A stretch of 64,000 bases of DNA from NCBI GenBank assembly GCA_963746775.1, contig CAVVCK010000002.1:75571-139570 (forward strand), written 5' to 3'. Of this stretch, positions 9,886-19,268 are shown in pieces (the first letter of the stretch is position 1; each line of letters starts with the position of its first letter). Under the pieces are notes generated by a model. The model was given only the letters and a program-made list of their open reading frames with translations, was not told where the DNA came from and made no database searches. Position numbers and translations under genes: made by a program. Source of the stretch: an uncultured bacterium (GTDB lineage Bacteria; Patescibacteriota; JABMPQ01; CAVVCK01).

Positions 9886-11299
9886 TTTTCCTCATTTCAT
9901 GATACTCTTTATCAACGTTCACTGAAAATAAATCATTATTCTCTCCTAATATATTTTTAGCAGCATAAATTCCTGTTAAAATAGAATGATCCATATTATT
10001 ATACTTAAACATCCCATTTCTACCTATTATTTGCAGATTCTCAAATTTATTTAAAAATGATTTTATTTTTTCTAAATTATTTTTATAATCTTCATCATAT
10101 ACAGGATAAGCCTTGGGTACTCTAGCTACATAGCCATCTATAAATTTATCTTTTTCTCCTAATTTTATTTTCTCAAGCTCTTCTAACGCTTGATTTATTA
10201 AAAAGCCATCTTTTTTATTCCAAAAGTTATCGTTTTCATTACAAAAATATTCCATTCCCAAAACCGTTTTATTCTTATCCTTTAACATATGTATGCTCCA
10301 GTTTTTAAAATTCTGTATTCTACCTAGCTTTACTTCCGGAGAATGTATATAAACCCAATTGTCTGGGAAACATTCTTTTTTGTCTAATATTAAACTAATT
10401 ATGATAAAACTTCTATATTTTAGGTTTTTGGCAGATTTTAATACATCTACTGGAGGTTTGGGATTCATCTTTAATACTAATTCTGATATGGGCATGCTTG
10501 ATACAAAGCTATTAGCTTTAAACTCCTCAGTAATATTTTCTTTATTACTTACTTCTACAGAAAATATTTTATTGTTTTTCCAATTTATTTTTTCTACGTT
10601 CTTATTTTTCATAACCTTGCTACCAGTATTGTTAATGTTATCAGCCATTTTTTCGTACATCATGCCAGGACCATATTTGGGATACTTAAATTTATCAATT
10701 AATGTTTTTATTTTTTCTTTTTTATCAGGAAAAAGTGCATTCTTAACAGCCCGAGATAGAGAAAGACCTTTAATTCTTTGGGCAGCCCACTCTGCTTGAA
10801 TTTGATTACAAGGTATTCCCCATAATTTTTCAGTATAAGTTTCAAAAAATATTTCAAATAATTTTTTTCCAAATCTATTAGAAACCCATTGATCAAATGT
10901 CTTTTCTTTATTTATTGGAAAAATCTTTATCTTTACATAACTCCCCAATACAGAAAAAGAAGTAAATATGCCCAAATTAAATAAGGCATTGAAAGGTTTT
11001 AGTGGATAATAAAAGAATTTATTGTTGTAATATATTCTAGAAAGTCTTGGTCGTGTTGGAAAATCTTTTTGTAAAGTTTTATTCCAAAGATCTTCTACTT
11101 CTCTTGATTTGGTAAAAAATCGATGCCCTCCAAGATCAAATCTATAGCCCTTGTATTCAACCGTTTTACTTATTCCCCCTACCTGTTTTTCCTTTTCTAA
11201 AACTAAAATATCCTTATTATTATTAACTAAGGTAACTCCACAAGCAAGACCAGCTGGTCCAGCACCTATGATTATTGTATTGATTTTATTTATATTCAT
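9866..11299 (-). CDS. UDP-galactopyranose mutase-family (Glf-like) FAD flavoprotein, extended form
   Basis: IIGAGPAGLACG Rossmann motif; GGHRFFT and YTEKLWG motifs shared with Glf (GAHIFHT, YTEKQWG). 477 aa, longer than canonical Glf. Confidence 0.6.
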   Translation of the reverse strand: MNINKINTIIIGAGPAGLACGVTLVNNNKDILVLEKEKQVGGISKTVEYKGYRFDLGGHRFFTKSREVEDLWNKTLQKDFPTRPRLSRIYYNNKFFYYPLKPFNALFNLGIFTSFSVLGSYVKIKIFPINKEKTFDQWVSNRFGKKLFEIFFETYTEKLWGIPCNQIQAEWAAQRIKGLSLSRAVKNALFPDKKEKIKTLIDKFKYPKYGPGMMYEKMADNINNTGSKVMKNKNVEKINWKNNKIFSVEVSNKENITEEFKANSFVSSMPISELVLKMNPKPPVDVLKSAKNLKYRSFIIISLILDKKECFPDNWVYIHSPEVKLGRIQNFKNWSIHMLKDKNKTVLGMEYFCNENDNFWNKKDGFLINQALEELEKIKLGEKDKFIDGYVARVPKAYPVYDEDYKNNLEKIKSFLNKFENLQIIGRNGMFKYNNMDHSILTGIYAAKNILGENNDLFSVNVDKEYHEMRKNNYNTR

Positions 11300-11720
11300 T
11301 TTTTGCTGTAAATAGTAAGTATTTTCTAGCTAAAAAGTTCCATAGAAAAACGATAAAAATAGCAATAATCTTAGATAAAATATACCACAAATTAAATGTG
11401 GTTGTTAGAATCCACAAGACGATCCCATTAAATAACAGTCCAATAAAGCCAATAATGAAAAAAAATAGTATCTCTTTGCTAGCTTGATATTTATTTTTTG
11501 TAAAAATCCATATTTTACTTAGAACATAATTCACAATTCCTCCGATGACAAAACTAAGTGTGGCAGATACTAAATAATATAAATTAACATATTCAGTTAG
11601 TATAAATAATATGGAAATATCTAATATAGCCGACACGCTCCCAACAAATAAATATCTGAATAATTGAATATAGATATCTTCTGTTTTTTTCTTAAAAATG
11701 ATATTGAGAAAATATAGCAA
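11286..11720 (-). CDS. GtrA-family small membrane protein (lipid-linked sugar translocation)
   Basis: 144 aa, four predicted TM helices, YLFVGSVSAILDISILFILTEY signature of GtrA-like proteins. Confidence 0.7.
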   Translation of the reverse strand: MLYFLNIIFKKKTEDIYIQLFRYLFVGSVSAILDISILFILTEYVNLYYLVSATLSFVIGGIVNYVLSKIWIFTKNKYQASKEILFFFIIGFIGLLFNGIVLWILTTTFNLWYILSKIIAIFIVFLWNFLARKYLLFTAKNEYK

Positions 11721-11740
11721 TTTATTTTAATCTATTATTT

Positions 11741-12232
11741 TTATTTTCTAAAAATACCCCACTGAGACAACATGCCGACTTTTTTTATCTTTTTTTCTTT
11801 AAAATAAGTAATGTTTTGAATATAAATACAATTATGTTTACTTGTTCTTTTTTGATTTAAATTAACTTTTTCTAAAAATTTACAAAACCAGTCAAAATAT
11901 GGAACTGGAGTTGTGATTAATAACTCTCCTCCTTTTTTTAATAGATCATAACACTCTTTGAAGCAATTAATATGCTCTACTACTTCAAAAATAATTATTA
12001 TATCAAAAGATTCTTTTTTTAATCCTAGGGTTTTCCAGTTTTTAATACTGCCAACAATATCGGCAGGTGGTTTTATGTCTATTCCTGTATAAAATTTGTA
12101 CTGGTTCTTTAAAAAATAGCTTTTTACCCACCCTTCTCCACATCCAATTTCTAATATCCTACTATCTTTTGGGATATTCTTTAAAAAGTAATTTATTTTT
12201 TTTGCTTTAGCTATTTCACTCAATAAAGGCAT
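11741..12232 (-). CDS. Class I SAM-dependent methyltransferase
   Basis: ILEIGCGEGW motif I; 163 aa. Confidence 0.6.
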   Translation of the reverse strand: MPLLSEIAKAKKINYFLKNIPKDSRILEIGCGEGWVKSYFLKNQYKFYTGIDIKPPADIVGSIKNWKTLGLKKESFDIIIIFEVVEHINCFKECYDLLKKGGELLITTPVPYFDWFCKFLEKVNLNQKRTSKHNCIYIQNITYFKEKKIKKVGMLSQWGIFRK

Positions 12233-12346
12233 ATTATTATAAAGTTATTTATATATTTTAATATTTTTAAGGATTAATTCTGAATTATTATTCAATACAG
12301 GCTCAATTACAATATTTCAATAAGTCTATCGTATTTTTCCTGGTAA

Positions 12347-13921
12347 TTATTTTTTTAAATATACAGCATGCAAGCTATTATTTGTAATAATATTAATATA
12401 TTCAGATTCTAATGTTCCACTCTGGCTAAAAAATACTTCTGATTGGTTTTTATTAAGAACCAATATTATATCTGGCTTTCCGTTCATATTTTCTATGGTT
12501 TTGTCTTTAAACTTATTTTTCCATTTTTTTTCTAATCTTCTTTCATACTCTTTAGTATATTCTCTTTCTATTAGATAACCATATAAATTATTAACCCCCT
12601 CAATAGTTAAATATGTTATTGATGAAGAAATAACTTCAGACTTCTCTAATGGATCAAAGACAAAAAGTATTTTTGAATCTGATTTGGTGTTTTTTGTAAC
12701 AGTTGACAATAATTCATTAGTTTCTTTTCCTTCCTTGGCAAAGTTAGTAGCTTCTACCTTCACTGTCCAAAAAGATAAGGTAATAAAAATAAAAATAACT
12801 AAATAAACTAATCTTCTGCAAAATATTTTTTTAGTATTTTTTACAATAATAATAGCTAAAACAGATAATCCTAAAATACTTGGTAATAAATAACGCTCAG
12901 CCATCCCTGACTTTGAGTATAAGAATATATTAGGTAAAACAATCATTATAGAAAAAGAAAGGTAAAGTAAAAGATATTTTATTGATTGAATAAACTTCTT
13001 TTTTCTTTCATTTTTTATAAACAAGAAGGACATTCCATGTATTACTATTAAAATCAGTAATAATATTAACCAGCCTAATAAAGAATTTTTATTTAGTATA
13101 ATATTTTTTATTCCTTTAAGATATCCGTAGACAGATAAACCTGTCCCGGCATATCCGATTTTATCTGTTCCTACTACATATTTAATAAACCATAATTCAA
13201 ATAACATTATTATCATTGGTAATGCTAATAGCAAATTATTTTCAATGCTTTTCTTCATTGGAATATTAAATGTATTTTTTTCATTCCAAATTTTAAATAA
13301 TACAAAAGCTGGAATTATAATAACAAAACTTTCTTTACTTAAAGAAGCTAAAATTAAAAAAATAATAAATAGTATTGTATTCAATAAATATCTCTTCTTT
13401 TTAATGCACTTTGTCATAAAATAAAAACTAAATCCAAGAAATACCATGCCTATTGTTTCATTTGGCCCAAGCCGCCACCATATAGCCATTTGTGATCCTA
13501 TAAATGTTAAAAATATAAAAATTAACGATAGAAATACAGAAAGATTTAATTTTCTAGCACCTATGTAAAAAAGAGAAAAGGTCAAGGCTGCCAAAATTCC
13601 AGTATAAAATGAAAGAATAAAAAAATTAATTCCTAATAGTTTTATTTCTAAAACTCGATGTAAAAAATATATCGGCCTAAAACGAATATTAAAATCATTA
13701 CCGATCCATTCAGTTGACACATCTATAAAGGAATTACTTTCTAAATCAGAATGAATTTTTAACATTTCATGATCATCTATAAAATGATAACCTGAATTAA
13801 GCGTTCCAGTAAGAAATAAAAATAATAAAATACCAACAAAAAATAAAGTCACTATAGAATAATCAAAATATTTAGTACCTTTAAATTTTGAAACATACTT
13901 TATTATATTTCCTAGACTCAT
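12347..13921 (-). CDS. GT-C membrane glycosyltransferase (ArnT/PMT, GT39/GT83-like)
   Basis: 524 aa; about 11 TM helices then a soluble C-terminal domain. Sits downstream of a GT2 gene and a small flippase gene, an Arn-operon-like order. Confidence 0.6.
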   Translation of the reverse strand: MSLGNIIKYVSKFKGTKYFDYSIVTLFFVGILLFLFLTGTLNSGYHFIDDHEMLKIHSDLESNSFIDVSTEWIGNDFNIRFRPIYFLHRVLEIKLLGINFFILSFYTGILAALTFSLFYIGARKLNLSVFLSLIFIFLTFIGSQMAIWWRLGPNETIGMVFLGFSFYFMTKCIKKKRYLLNTILFIIFLILASLSKESFVIIIPAFVLFKIWNEKNTFNIPMKKSIENNLLLALPMIIMLFELWFIKYVVGTDKIGYAGTGLSVYGYLKGIKNIILNKNSLLGWLILLLILIVIHGMSFLFIKNERKKKFIQSIKYLLLYLSFSIMIVLPNIFLYSKSGMAERYLLPSILGLSVLAIIIVKNTKKIFCRRLVYLVIFIFITLSFWTVKVEATNFAKEGKETNELLSTVTKNTKSDSKILFVFDPLEKSEVISSSITYLTIEGVNNLYGYLIEREYTKEYERRLEKKWKNKFKDKTIENMNGKPDIILVLNKNQSEVFFSQSGTLESEYINIITNNSLHAVYLKK

Positions 13922-14247
13922 TTGATAATTAAAATTATTGATATAGCTCCTATTAGAATTCCCAAGAATTGTTTTAAAGCTATCTCCTCCTTAAATAAAA
14001 ATATTCCAGCAAAAACAACCCCCAGCATTGTACCGATTGTCATAATGGGACTAATTTTACTAAGATTAAATATTTTTAAAATATAGGCATAAATCCCGAA
14101 AGAAAATAAATAAAACAATCCACCAAAAATAAAATAAACAAAAAAATTAAATTCTTTCAAAAAAGTAAAATCACTGGATTTTTTTAACATAATCTGAGCT
14201 AGGGCACTAAACAAAATACCAAATATTATTAGTAAAATTTTAATCAT
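13918..14247 (-). CDS. Small DMT/EamA-type 4-TM membrane protein (ArnE/ArnF-like lipid-sugar flippase subunit)
   Basis: 109 aa, four hydrophobic helices, FSALAQIMLKK N-terminal motif; 4-bp overlap with both neighbours. Confidence 0.5.
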   Translation of the reverse strand: MIKILLIIFGILFSALAQIMLKKSSDFTFLKEFNFFVYFIFGGLFYLFSFGIYAYILKIFNLSKISPIMTIGTMLGVVFAGIFLFKEEIALKQFLGILIGAISIILIIK

Positions 14248-15172
14248 TGTTTTTCTCTTTAATTATATAGTTAGGTCTTTTTTTTGATTCCATAAATAAT
14301 TTCCCAATATATTCTCCTAAAATACCAATCATAATCATTTGAATGCCACCAATAAACAATATGCCAACAAGTACAGACGCCCACCCTGACAATGCTCTAT
14401 CCGTGAATAATTTTATAATAATTGCATATACCCCATATATAAATGCTACAGCAGCCATTATATAACCAAATATAGTAGAAATACGTAGTGGTTTTATACT
14501 AAAACTAGTAATGCCATCAATAGCAAATTTCATCATTTTTTTTAGAGTATATTTTGTCTTTCCATGGTACCTTTCGTCTGGCATATATTCGATTCCATAT
14601 TGTCTAAATCCAAGCCAAGAAATCATCCCTCTTAAAAAAAGATTACTTTCTTCAAAAGTTTTTATTATTTCCACTACTCTTCTATCTAACAAACGAAAAT
14701 CTGCAATACCTTTTTTAATTTTAACATCTGAAAAGTTATTCATAATATTATAAAAAATATTTGCTGTTTTTCTTTTAAAGAATGACAATCTCTGATTATC
14801 TTGACGAATTGTATATACTATATCATTACCTTCCTGCCATTTTCCAATTAATTTTGGAATAATATTTGGTGGATGCTGAAGATCACCATCCATAGAAATT
14901 ACACAATCACCAGTTGCAAAGTCTAAGCCAGCTCGTAAAGCATTTTGGTGACCAAAATTACGAGAAAATGATAAATAGTAAATTTTATTATTTTGTTTTC
15001 TTAATTTTTTTATAATTTTTAATGTATTATCAGTGCTTCCATCATCAATAAACAACAACTCATAATCAAAGTGATTTTCCAAAATATCTGTTATTTTTTT
15101 AACTAATATTTCTATATTTCCTTCTTCATTAAAGACTGGAATAATTACTGATGTTTTAAAATTATTATTCAT
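14240..15172 (-). CDS. GT2 polyprenyl-phosphate glycosyltransferase (ArnC/GtrB-like)
   Basis: VIIPVFNEEGNI...[11 protein letters not shown]...ISMDGDLQHPP; two C-terminal TM helices. Confidence 0.75.
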   Translation of the reverse strand: MNNNFKTSVIIPVFNEEGNIEILVKKITDILENHFDYELLFIDDGSTDNTLKIIKKLRKQNNKIYYLSFSRNFGHQNALRAGLDFATGDCVISMDGDLQHPPNIIPKLIGKWQEGNDIVYTIRQDNQRLSFFKRKTANIFYNIMNNFSDVKIKKGIADFRLLDRRVVEIIKTFEESNLFLRGMISWLGFRQYGIEYMPDERYHGKTKYTLKKMMKFAIDGITSFSIKPLRISTIFGYIMAAVAFIYGVYAIIIKLFTDRALSGWASVLVGILFIGGIQMIMIGILGEYIGKLFMESKKRPNYIIKEKNND

Positions 15173-15183
15173 TTTATATAATC

Positions 15184-16641
15184 TTATTTTAACTTATATA
15201 CTTGAAATTGTTTATTTTCAAAAACCATTTTATTATTTTGCTTTAAGTAATTTTGAGTATTTTCTTTGTCTATATTTTTTGTAAAAACAAAATAATTAAT
15301 TTCTGACTCTTTCAAAAATTTAACGGAGTCTATTTTCACAGATTTTCTTTCCGTAAATAAATACATTACCCTAGGTTTAAAAAATACTATTGTCTCTTCT
15401 TCTGGAATATTATTTTTTACATACTTAAACAATTCTATTGAATTGTTAGCATAAGGGCCATTTAGTGAATTATTTACCTTGAAAATGGTTAAATTTTGAA
15501 TTGAAAAAAATATTAATAAGAAAATACCTAGAGTATAAATAATTTTTTTCGAACTAAGCCTAACAATATTTTTAAAGTCAATAATTTGTAATCCTAGTAT
15601 AACAAAAAATAAATAGAAAGGAATAAGTGTTATAATAAATCTTAGCCCTTGTTGGTAAGGATAAATAAGAAACAATCCAAAAGTTAATATAGAAAATAAC
15701 GTATAAAGATAATATTTCTTAAAATCTTTTAAAAAACCTAACACGAAAAAGAAAATGCTAGTGTTATAAATAGCATTAAAAAGATATGTTTTATGAATTC
15801 CTAAAAAATTAGGTAAATAATTTTTATTTCCAAAAAATTTAGCAAATACATCTAAATAATAATAAAAATTATAGGCTACTTGATTTAGAAAATTATTCGG
15901 GAGCAGAGAATGATTGGCCGCATACGAGCCTGATGGCAATATTACTAATACCAATAAATAAGTTATCAGAGATATTAAATATGGCAAACTTTCATCAATT
16001 ATATTAGAAAATCTATGAAACCATTTTTTATATTCAATTAATTGAACTAAGGGTAATAATATAAAGATAATTATAGAATTAGTTCTTATAAAAACACTCA
16101 TAAACATACTAAATCCTAAAATAATTAAACATATTCTTTTTGCCTTTAGTCTTTTTTTTTCACAATAAATCTTCTGAATTAAAAAAACAGACAATAGTAA
16201 AAAAAACATAGCTGGTATATCTGAAAGAACATTTTGCTTAAATAAAAAAAAGAAAGGAGAAGTAGCTATAAGTAAAATTAAAATTAACGATAAATGTTTA
16301 TCTAACTTAGCTTTAAATAAATAATATAAAATAATTAAAGAGCTGATAAAAAAAATATAAGTGACAATTTTCAATATTAATATATTAGCACCAAATAATA
16401 TTATTACTGGAGTTAAAATCAAGGGATAACCCCAAGGATATAGATCTGGTCCAACTTGCTTTTCAGAAAAAGAAACTCTAAAATCTGAGGCATTCACTAG
16501 ATTGTTTATTTTGTTTTCCACTAAAGCCCTTGATTGTCCAATATAGCCGCTAAAATCTCCTCCCCAATTATGTTCTTTATTTAAAGTAGCAATGTTAATA
16601 AAAATTATGATAATAATAAGAGATAATAAAACTTTTTTCAT
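15184..16641 (-). CDS. Polytopic membrane protein, GT-C-like glycosyltransferase
   Basis: 485 aa, N-terminal signal/TM, many TM helices, soluble C-terminal domain; the genomic context is glycan biosynthesis. Confidence 0.5.
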   Translation of the reverse strand: MKKVLLSLIIIIIFINIATLNKEHNWGGDFSGYIGQSRALVENKINNLVNASDFRVSFSEKQVGPDLYPWGYPLILTPVIILFGANILILKIVTYIFFISSLIILYYLFKAKLDKHLSLILILLIATSPFFFLFKQNVLSDIPAMFFLLLSVFLIQKIYCEKKRLKAKRICLIILGFSMFMSVFIRTNSIIIFILLPLVQLIEYKKWFHRFSNIIDESLPYLISLITYLLVLVILPSGSYAANHSLLPNNFLNQVAYNFYYYLDVFAKFFGNKNYLPNFLGIHKTYLFNAIYNTSIFFFVLGFLKDFKKYYLYTLFSILTFGLFLIYPYQQGLRFIITLIPFYLFFVILGLQIIDFKNIVRLSSKKIIYTLGIFLLIFFSIQNLTIFKVNNSLNGPYANNSIELFKYVKNNIPEEETIVFFKPRVMYLFTERKSVKIDSVKFLKESEINYFVFTKNIDKENTQNYLKQNNKMVFENKQFQVYKLK

Positions 16642-16709
16642 TTAAATTTTTATATTGTTGATTGATAGCTCATCCTTTAGTTTTGGATAATATATTTATA
16701 TATTGTTTT

Positions 16710-17354
16710 CTAAAATTTATATTTAAATAATTCTATATCATCATTAAATAAATTTTTTACTATATTTCTTGTTTCGCTAGTATAATATTCTTTATAATTT
16801 TTATGAGTTGAAATGTTTGTTTTTTTTAATACAGCCTTTACTTTGATTTTATCACAAACTTTTTGAAAATCTTTTTCTAAATTTTCAAATCTACCTACAA
16901 AATCAATAATATTTTTATTTTGATCATCAAAAATATAATTTTTTTGTTGACTAACACGTTTAGTTTTTCCAATTATATATACATAATCTCTAAAAGTATT
17001 TTTTTTATTAATTTTAAGGATTTTTTGAAGATCTTTTCTTTTCTGAATTATATAAAAATAGTGAGAAACAATTTTATCCCAAGGGTTCCTTATGAAAGTA
17101 AATTTATAGTAATCTTCCCATATATTTTTATCAATTTTCTTCTTTATTTGTAACGCCGTAAGGTGTTGGAGACAAATCAATCTCTTTTTTTCTTGCAAAT
17201 TTAAACCATCTTTAATACTGTATCTGTTGCCATTTGAATCTTCAAAACCAAATAAATCATTGTTCCTGTTTAAATCCAAACAATCCTCAACACTATCTCC
17301 TCCGGTTTTTGGAATATGGATAAATATAAATTTTTGCTTATGTGATATAGGCAT
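16710..17354 (-). CDS. Sulfotransferase (Sulfotransfer_2-like)
   Basis: 5'-PSB-like FIHIPKTGGDS and 3'-PB-like FIRNPWDKIVSHY motifs. Confidence 0.7.
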   Translation of the reverse strand: MPISHKQKFIFIHIPKTGGDSVEDCLDLNRNNDLFGFEDSNGNRYSIKDGLNLQEKKRLICLQHLTALQIKKKIDKNIWEDYYKFTFIRNPWDKIVSHYFYIIQKRKDLQKILKINKKNTFRDYVYIIGKTKRVSQQKNYIFDDQNKNIIDFVGRFENLEKDFQKVCDKIKVKAVLKKTNISTHKNYKEYYTSETRNIVKNLFNDDIELFKYKF

Positions 17355-17428
17355 CTTAGAAAATTTTAATAATTATTTCAGTAAAAGTTCATTTCTCTGT
17401 AGTCAAAAATTATGCGCAATATCTAATT

Positions 17429-18367
17429 TTAAAATAAATTACTACTATCCAAATTAAAATACTCTTTAGCAACCAATCTATTTGATTCTCTGTATTTATT
17501 AGTAATATAATTAAATAGTTCTTTATTCATTTTAAGTTTTTTATTTTTAAAATATTTTTTATTTATGTTATTTATTTTTTCAATTGAAGAAGAACCGTGC
17601 CATGTTTTTGCTTCATGTTTTATAAGGTAGTGTATTTTATTAATTATTCTTAAAACTCTCAACGTATTAACATTTAATGATATATTTTTATTTTCAATGT
17701 CCCTTAGATTGTTATACTCAATAGGGAAAATAGAAATGAAATCATCTATTAAATTATTATCTTTAAAATTATTTTTATTGAACACCCTAACGATAATATT
17801 CTCTTTTTTAAAAACGGAGCTCCAAAAATTTAATAATTGATAATAATCAAAGTTACTATAATTAATACTTCTTATCCAATCAGAAAATTTCTCAGAACAA
17901 CCACTTTTAACAGCAGTAGAATACAAGCTTGTGAAAAATAAATCCTGTCTTCTTAAATAAATTATTATTTTTATATCACCAGAAATTAAATGTAACAATT
18001 CATATAATTTATTAATTTCTTCTGAATTTCTTATTCTACTACTTAAAAGTTCGCTACTTAGAATAATCGAATAAGATTTTATCATTTTTTTACATTTTCT
18101 AACAAAAATCTGAGGAAATTCTTTTTGAAATTTATTATATTCATTCATATTCATTTGTTTCATTCTTCTTATGTCTACAGAATGTTTAGGATTAGAAGAA
18201 TACATGGATAAATCAAAACAATAAATTCCAAGAAATTTTGGATAAATATAGCCCTGTTTTAATATTTTATTCCTATTTTGCCATAAAAAATTTTGAATTG
18301 TAGTTGTACCTGTCTTTTCTGTACCAATGTGTAGGTATATAGTTTTATTTTCTTTTTTTCTTTTCAT
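17429..18367 (-). CDS. Sulfotransferase-domain protein
   Basis: HIGTEKTGTTT (PAPS 5'-phosphosulfate-binding P-loop-like) and YLRRQDLFFTSLY (R-x-x-D-x-x-x-S-x-Y 3'-PB-like). Confidence 0.55.
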   Translation of the reverse strand: MKRKKENKTIYLHIGTEKTGTTTIQNFLWQNRNKILKQGYIYPKFLGIYCFDLSMYSSNPKHSVDIRRMKQMNMNEYNKFQKEFPQIFVRKCKKMIKSYSIILSSELLSSRIRNSEEINKLYELLHLISGDIKIIIYLRRQDLFFTSLYSTAVKSGCSEKFSDWIRSINYSNFDYYQLLNFWSSVFKKENIIVRVFNKNNFKDNNLIDDFISIFPIEYNNLRDIENKNISLNVNTLRVLRIINKIHYLIKHEAKTWHGSSSIEKINNINKKYFKNKKLKMNKELFNYITNKYRESNRLVAKEYFNLDSSNLF

Positions 18368-18722
18368 ATTAAAAAATCTTTGAATTATTATTTTTGTTAA
18401 AAAGCCGCTTCCAAATTTTTATTAAACAAAAATACTCTTGCACTTACAATAAAGTAATTTATTTGTTATTGATGTAATAATATTATGTATCGCTATAAAA
18501 ACATTTTTATTTTTTCCTTATTTTCTTTAATGGTGCAAGAGTACCTCTACCATACTTAATATAATTCCAAGTTCGTTTAATTGTTTTTTTTAAACCTTCA
18601 TTTTGTAAATTTGATAAAGCTGAATCAGTAAGATACCTTAGTTTAAATTTGTATATAAATTTATTTACTATCATAATTTCAAATTTTAATTAATTTTATC
18701 ACAAGTAAATTTTTTATTACTA

Positions 18723-19268
18723 TTATTGAATGTCAGTATCAAAGAAAGGAAAATACCTTGATTTATATCGTAAATTTTTATTTCGTGTTTTTATTACTTT
18801 AGCCGGATTGCCAACAGCTATATTATAGGCAGGAATATCTTTTGTGACAACTGCTCCTGCACCAATCACTGCTCCCTCTCCTATAACCACCCCTGGAAGA
18901 ATAATCACTCTTGTTCCAATCCATGCGTTATCTCTAATAATAACCGGTTTTACTAAACAAGCAAAGTCTGGATTCTGTGGATCATGAGTTAAGGTTTGAA
19001 TTAATGTTTGATGAGAAATATTAACATTATTTCCAATTTTAACACCAGCACGTCCATCTAAATATGTCTGTCTATTAACTACGGTATTATTACCAATCTC
19101 TATCTTAGATCCAGTTACAAAACAATTCATATGTATACTAGAATTTTTACCAATTTTTAAATGACAAAAATGTCTTAGAAACCAATGTCGTAAAGTATAA
19201 GATGGTATTTTAGCAAATAAATGATTTGCCAAGTAAAAGCATAGGGCAAAAATTATTTTAATCAACAT
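18723..19268 (-). CDS. Hexapeptide-repeat O-acetyltransferase (WcaF/maltose acetyltransferase-like)
   Basis: Left-handed beta-helix repeats IGNNVNISHQ...IGTRVIILPGVVIGEGAVIGAGAVV. Confidence 0.8.
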   Translation of the reverse strand: MLIKIIFALCFYLANHLFAKIPSYTLRHWFLRHFCHLKIGKNSSIHMNCFVTGSKIEIGNNTVVNRQTYLDGRAGVKIGNNVNISHQTLIQTLTHDPQNPDFACLVKPVIIRDNAWIGTRVIILPGVVIGEGAVIGAGAVVTKDIPAYNIAVGNPAKVIKTRNKNLRYKSRYFPFFDTDIQ

